Below, piece by piece: positions 62,861-64,000 of a DNA stretch of 64,000 nt. This DNA is from Somniosus microcephalus (taxonomy: Eukaryota): positions 229,400,001 through 229,464,000 of the forward strand of contig CM126209.1 of NCBI GenBank assembly GCA_052327205.1. The letters run 5' to 3'. Under the pieces are notes generated by a model. It did not search any database, was not told the origin of the DNA, and saw only the letters and a program-made list of their open reading frames with translations. The position numbers were made by a program, and so were the translations under genes. Positions within the stretch are counted from its first letter, which is position 1; every line of letters starts with the position of its first letter.

Positions 62861-63334
62861 TTTATTATTATAAATCTTCAATAACTTTCTGTTATTTTTT
62901 GAGTTACTACCTTGTGTTTTGCCTCCCTCCCTGTGTTTAAAAATCTCTGCTTGGGCTGACACATTCATTACATGCTAGAACATCCATGAGAGGAACCTCA
63001 ATAAAATCGAAATCTGCAGCGATCAACAGAATGCCGCATTTTCAAGCAAACAACTGGATTTATAACAGTTTTCAGGATTGAGATTCTGTGGTGCAGAAGA
63101 GCAAGACATTATTTATACGTAATGAGTAGCCTTGTCAGGTCTCATTTATTGTGTGCAAGACTCACACATTCAAAGCCTCTCTCATGCATTCATGCAATAA
63201 TGCCAGAATGTCACTGTAAACGGTGCCTTGTTTCCTTTCTGAAGTTGCAGAAAAGAGTGACAGAATTGACTGCACACTTCTAGCCTCTTCCTGACAAAGT
63301 GAGACAGCTTTCATTTGTCATCTGTCTGTCATGT

Positions 63335-64000
63335 AAGCATTCTCCTCGCCACTGTTCCCACGGCAGCAAGCAGGCACCTCGTGACAGACCCGAGGGCAGC
63401 GTGCATTCTTCTCATCAGTGCCCTCCACAGCAAGTGCTCCTTGTTAACCGTCCTGTGAGCAGCAAGTGCACACCTTCTCATTGTTCCCACGGCAGCGAGC
63501 AAGCTCCTCATGATAGTCCTGAGCGGCAAGGAAGCTCCTCACCACTACCGATAGCAGCAAACATCATCTCATTAATCCCCCCACAGTAAGCACACTCCTC
63601 GCAACTGTCCTGAGAACAGCAGGCACACTGCTCATTGTTATCCCCACACTAGGCGTGCTCCTCATCATTATCAACACAGCAAGTGCGCTCCTCACCAGTG
63701 TCCCCATAAGCAAATGAACTCCTCATCACTGTCCCCACAGCACCAAATGCATTCCCACCACTGTCCCCACAGCACCAAATGCATTCCCACCACTGTCCCC
63801 ACAGCACCAAATGCATTCCCACCACTGTCCCCACAGCATCAAATGCATTCCCACCACTGTCCCACAGCACCAAATGAATTCCCACCACTGTCCCCACAGC
63901 ACCAAATGCACTCCCACCACTGTCCCCACAGCATCAAATGCATTCCCACCACTGTCCCCACAGCACCAAATGAATTCCCACCACTGTCCCCACAACATCA
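63335..64000. repeat. Minisatellite, 32-bp unit tcccaccactgtccccacagcaccaaatgcat, running off the window end
   Basis: Homogeneous units 63726-64000; degenerate units from about 63335. Confidence 0.92.

Noticed and set aside
63649-63998. Trp/Gly-rich repetitive ORFs
   Set aside because: Translations of the 32-bp minisatellite

Overview
Eukaryotic (vertebrate) DNA, most likely from a shark or other cartilaginous fish, judged from the repeat landscape (CR1 LINEs, L2 tails, Deu-domain SINEs, Penelope tails, Harbinger MITEs). The window is almost all intronic sequence of a teneurin gene (best match TENM2) on the minus strand. Three consecutive coding exons can be read with GT-AG sites and compatible phases: 52144-51949, 33784-33683 (missed by the ORF track) and 21404-21210. 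The introns hold two young full-length Gypsy LTR retrotransposons (14188-18745 minus; 36737-41820 plus), a full-length but decayed two-gene Harbinger transposon (5100-9810) carrying a solo LTR, several Harbinger and Tigger-like MITEs, many CR1/L2/Rex1 fragments, Penelope remnants with minimal hammerhead-ribozyme motifs, and minisatellites. The most interesting item is the minus-strand Gypsy element. It has no tRNA primer site; its PBS is instead complementary to its own LTR (putative self-priming). Its LTR also carries ETS-like motifs, a TATA box, a strong-Kozak ATG and a consensus splice donor in the same phase and orientation as the TENM2 exons. No database searches were run; family names rest on recalled motifs, and boundaries of degenerate repeats are approximate.
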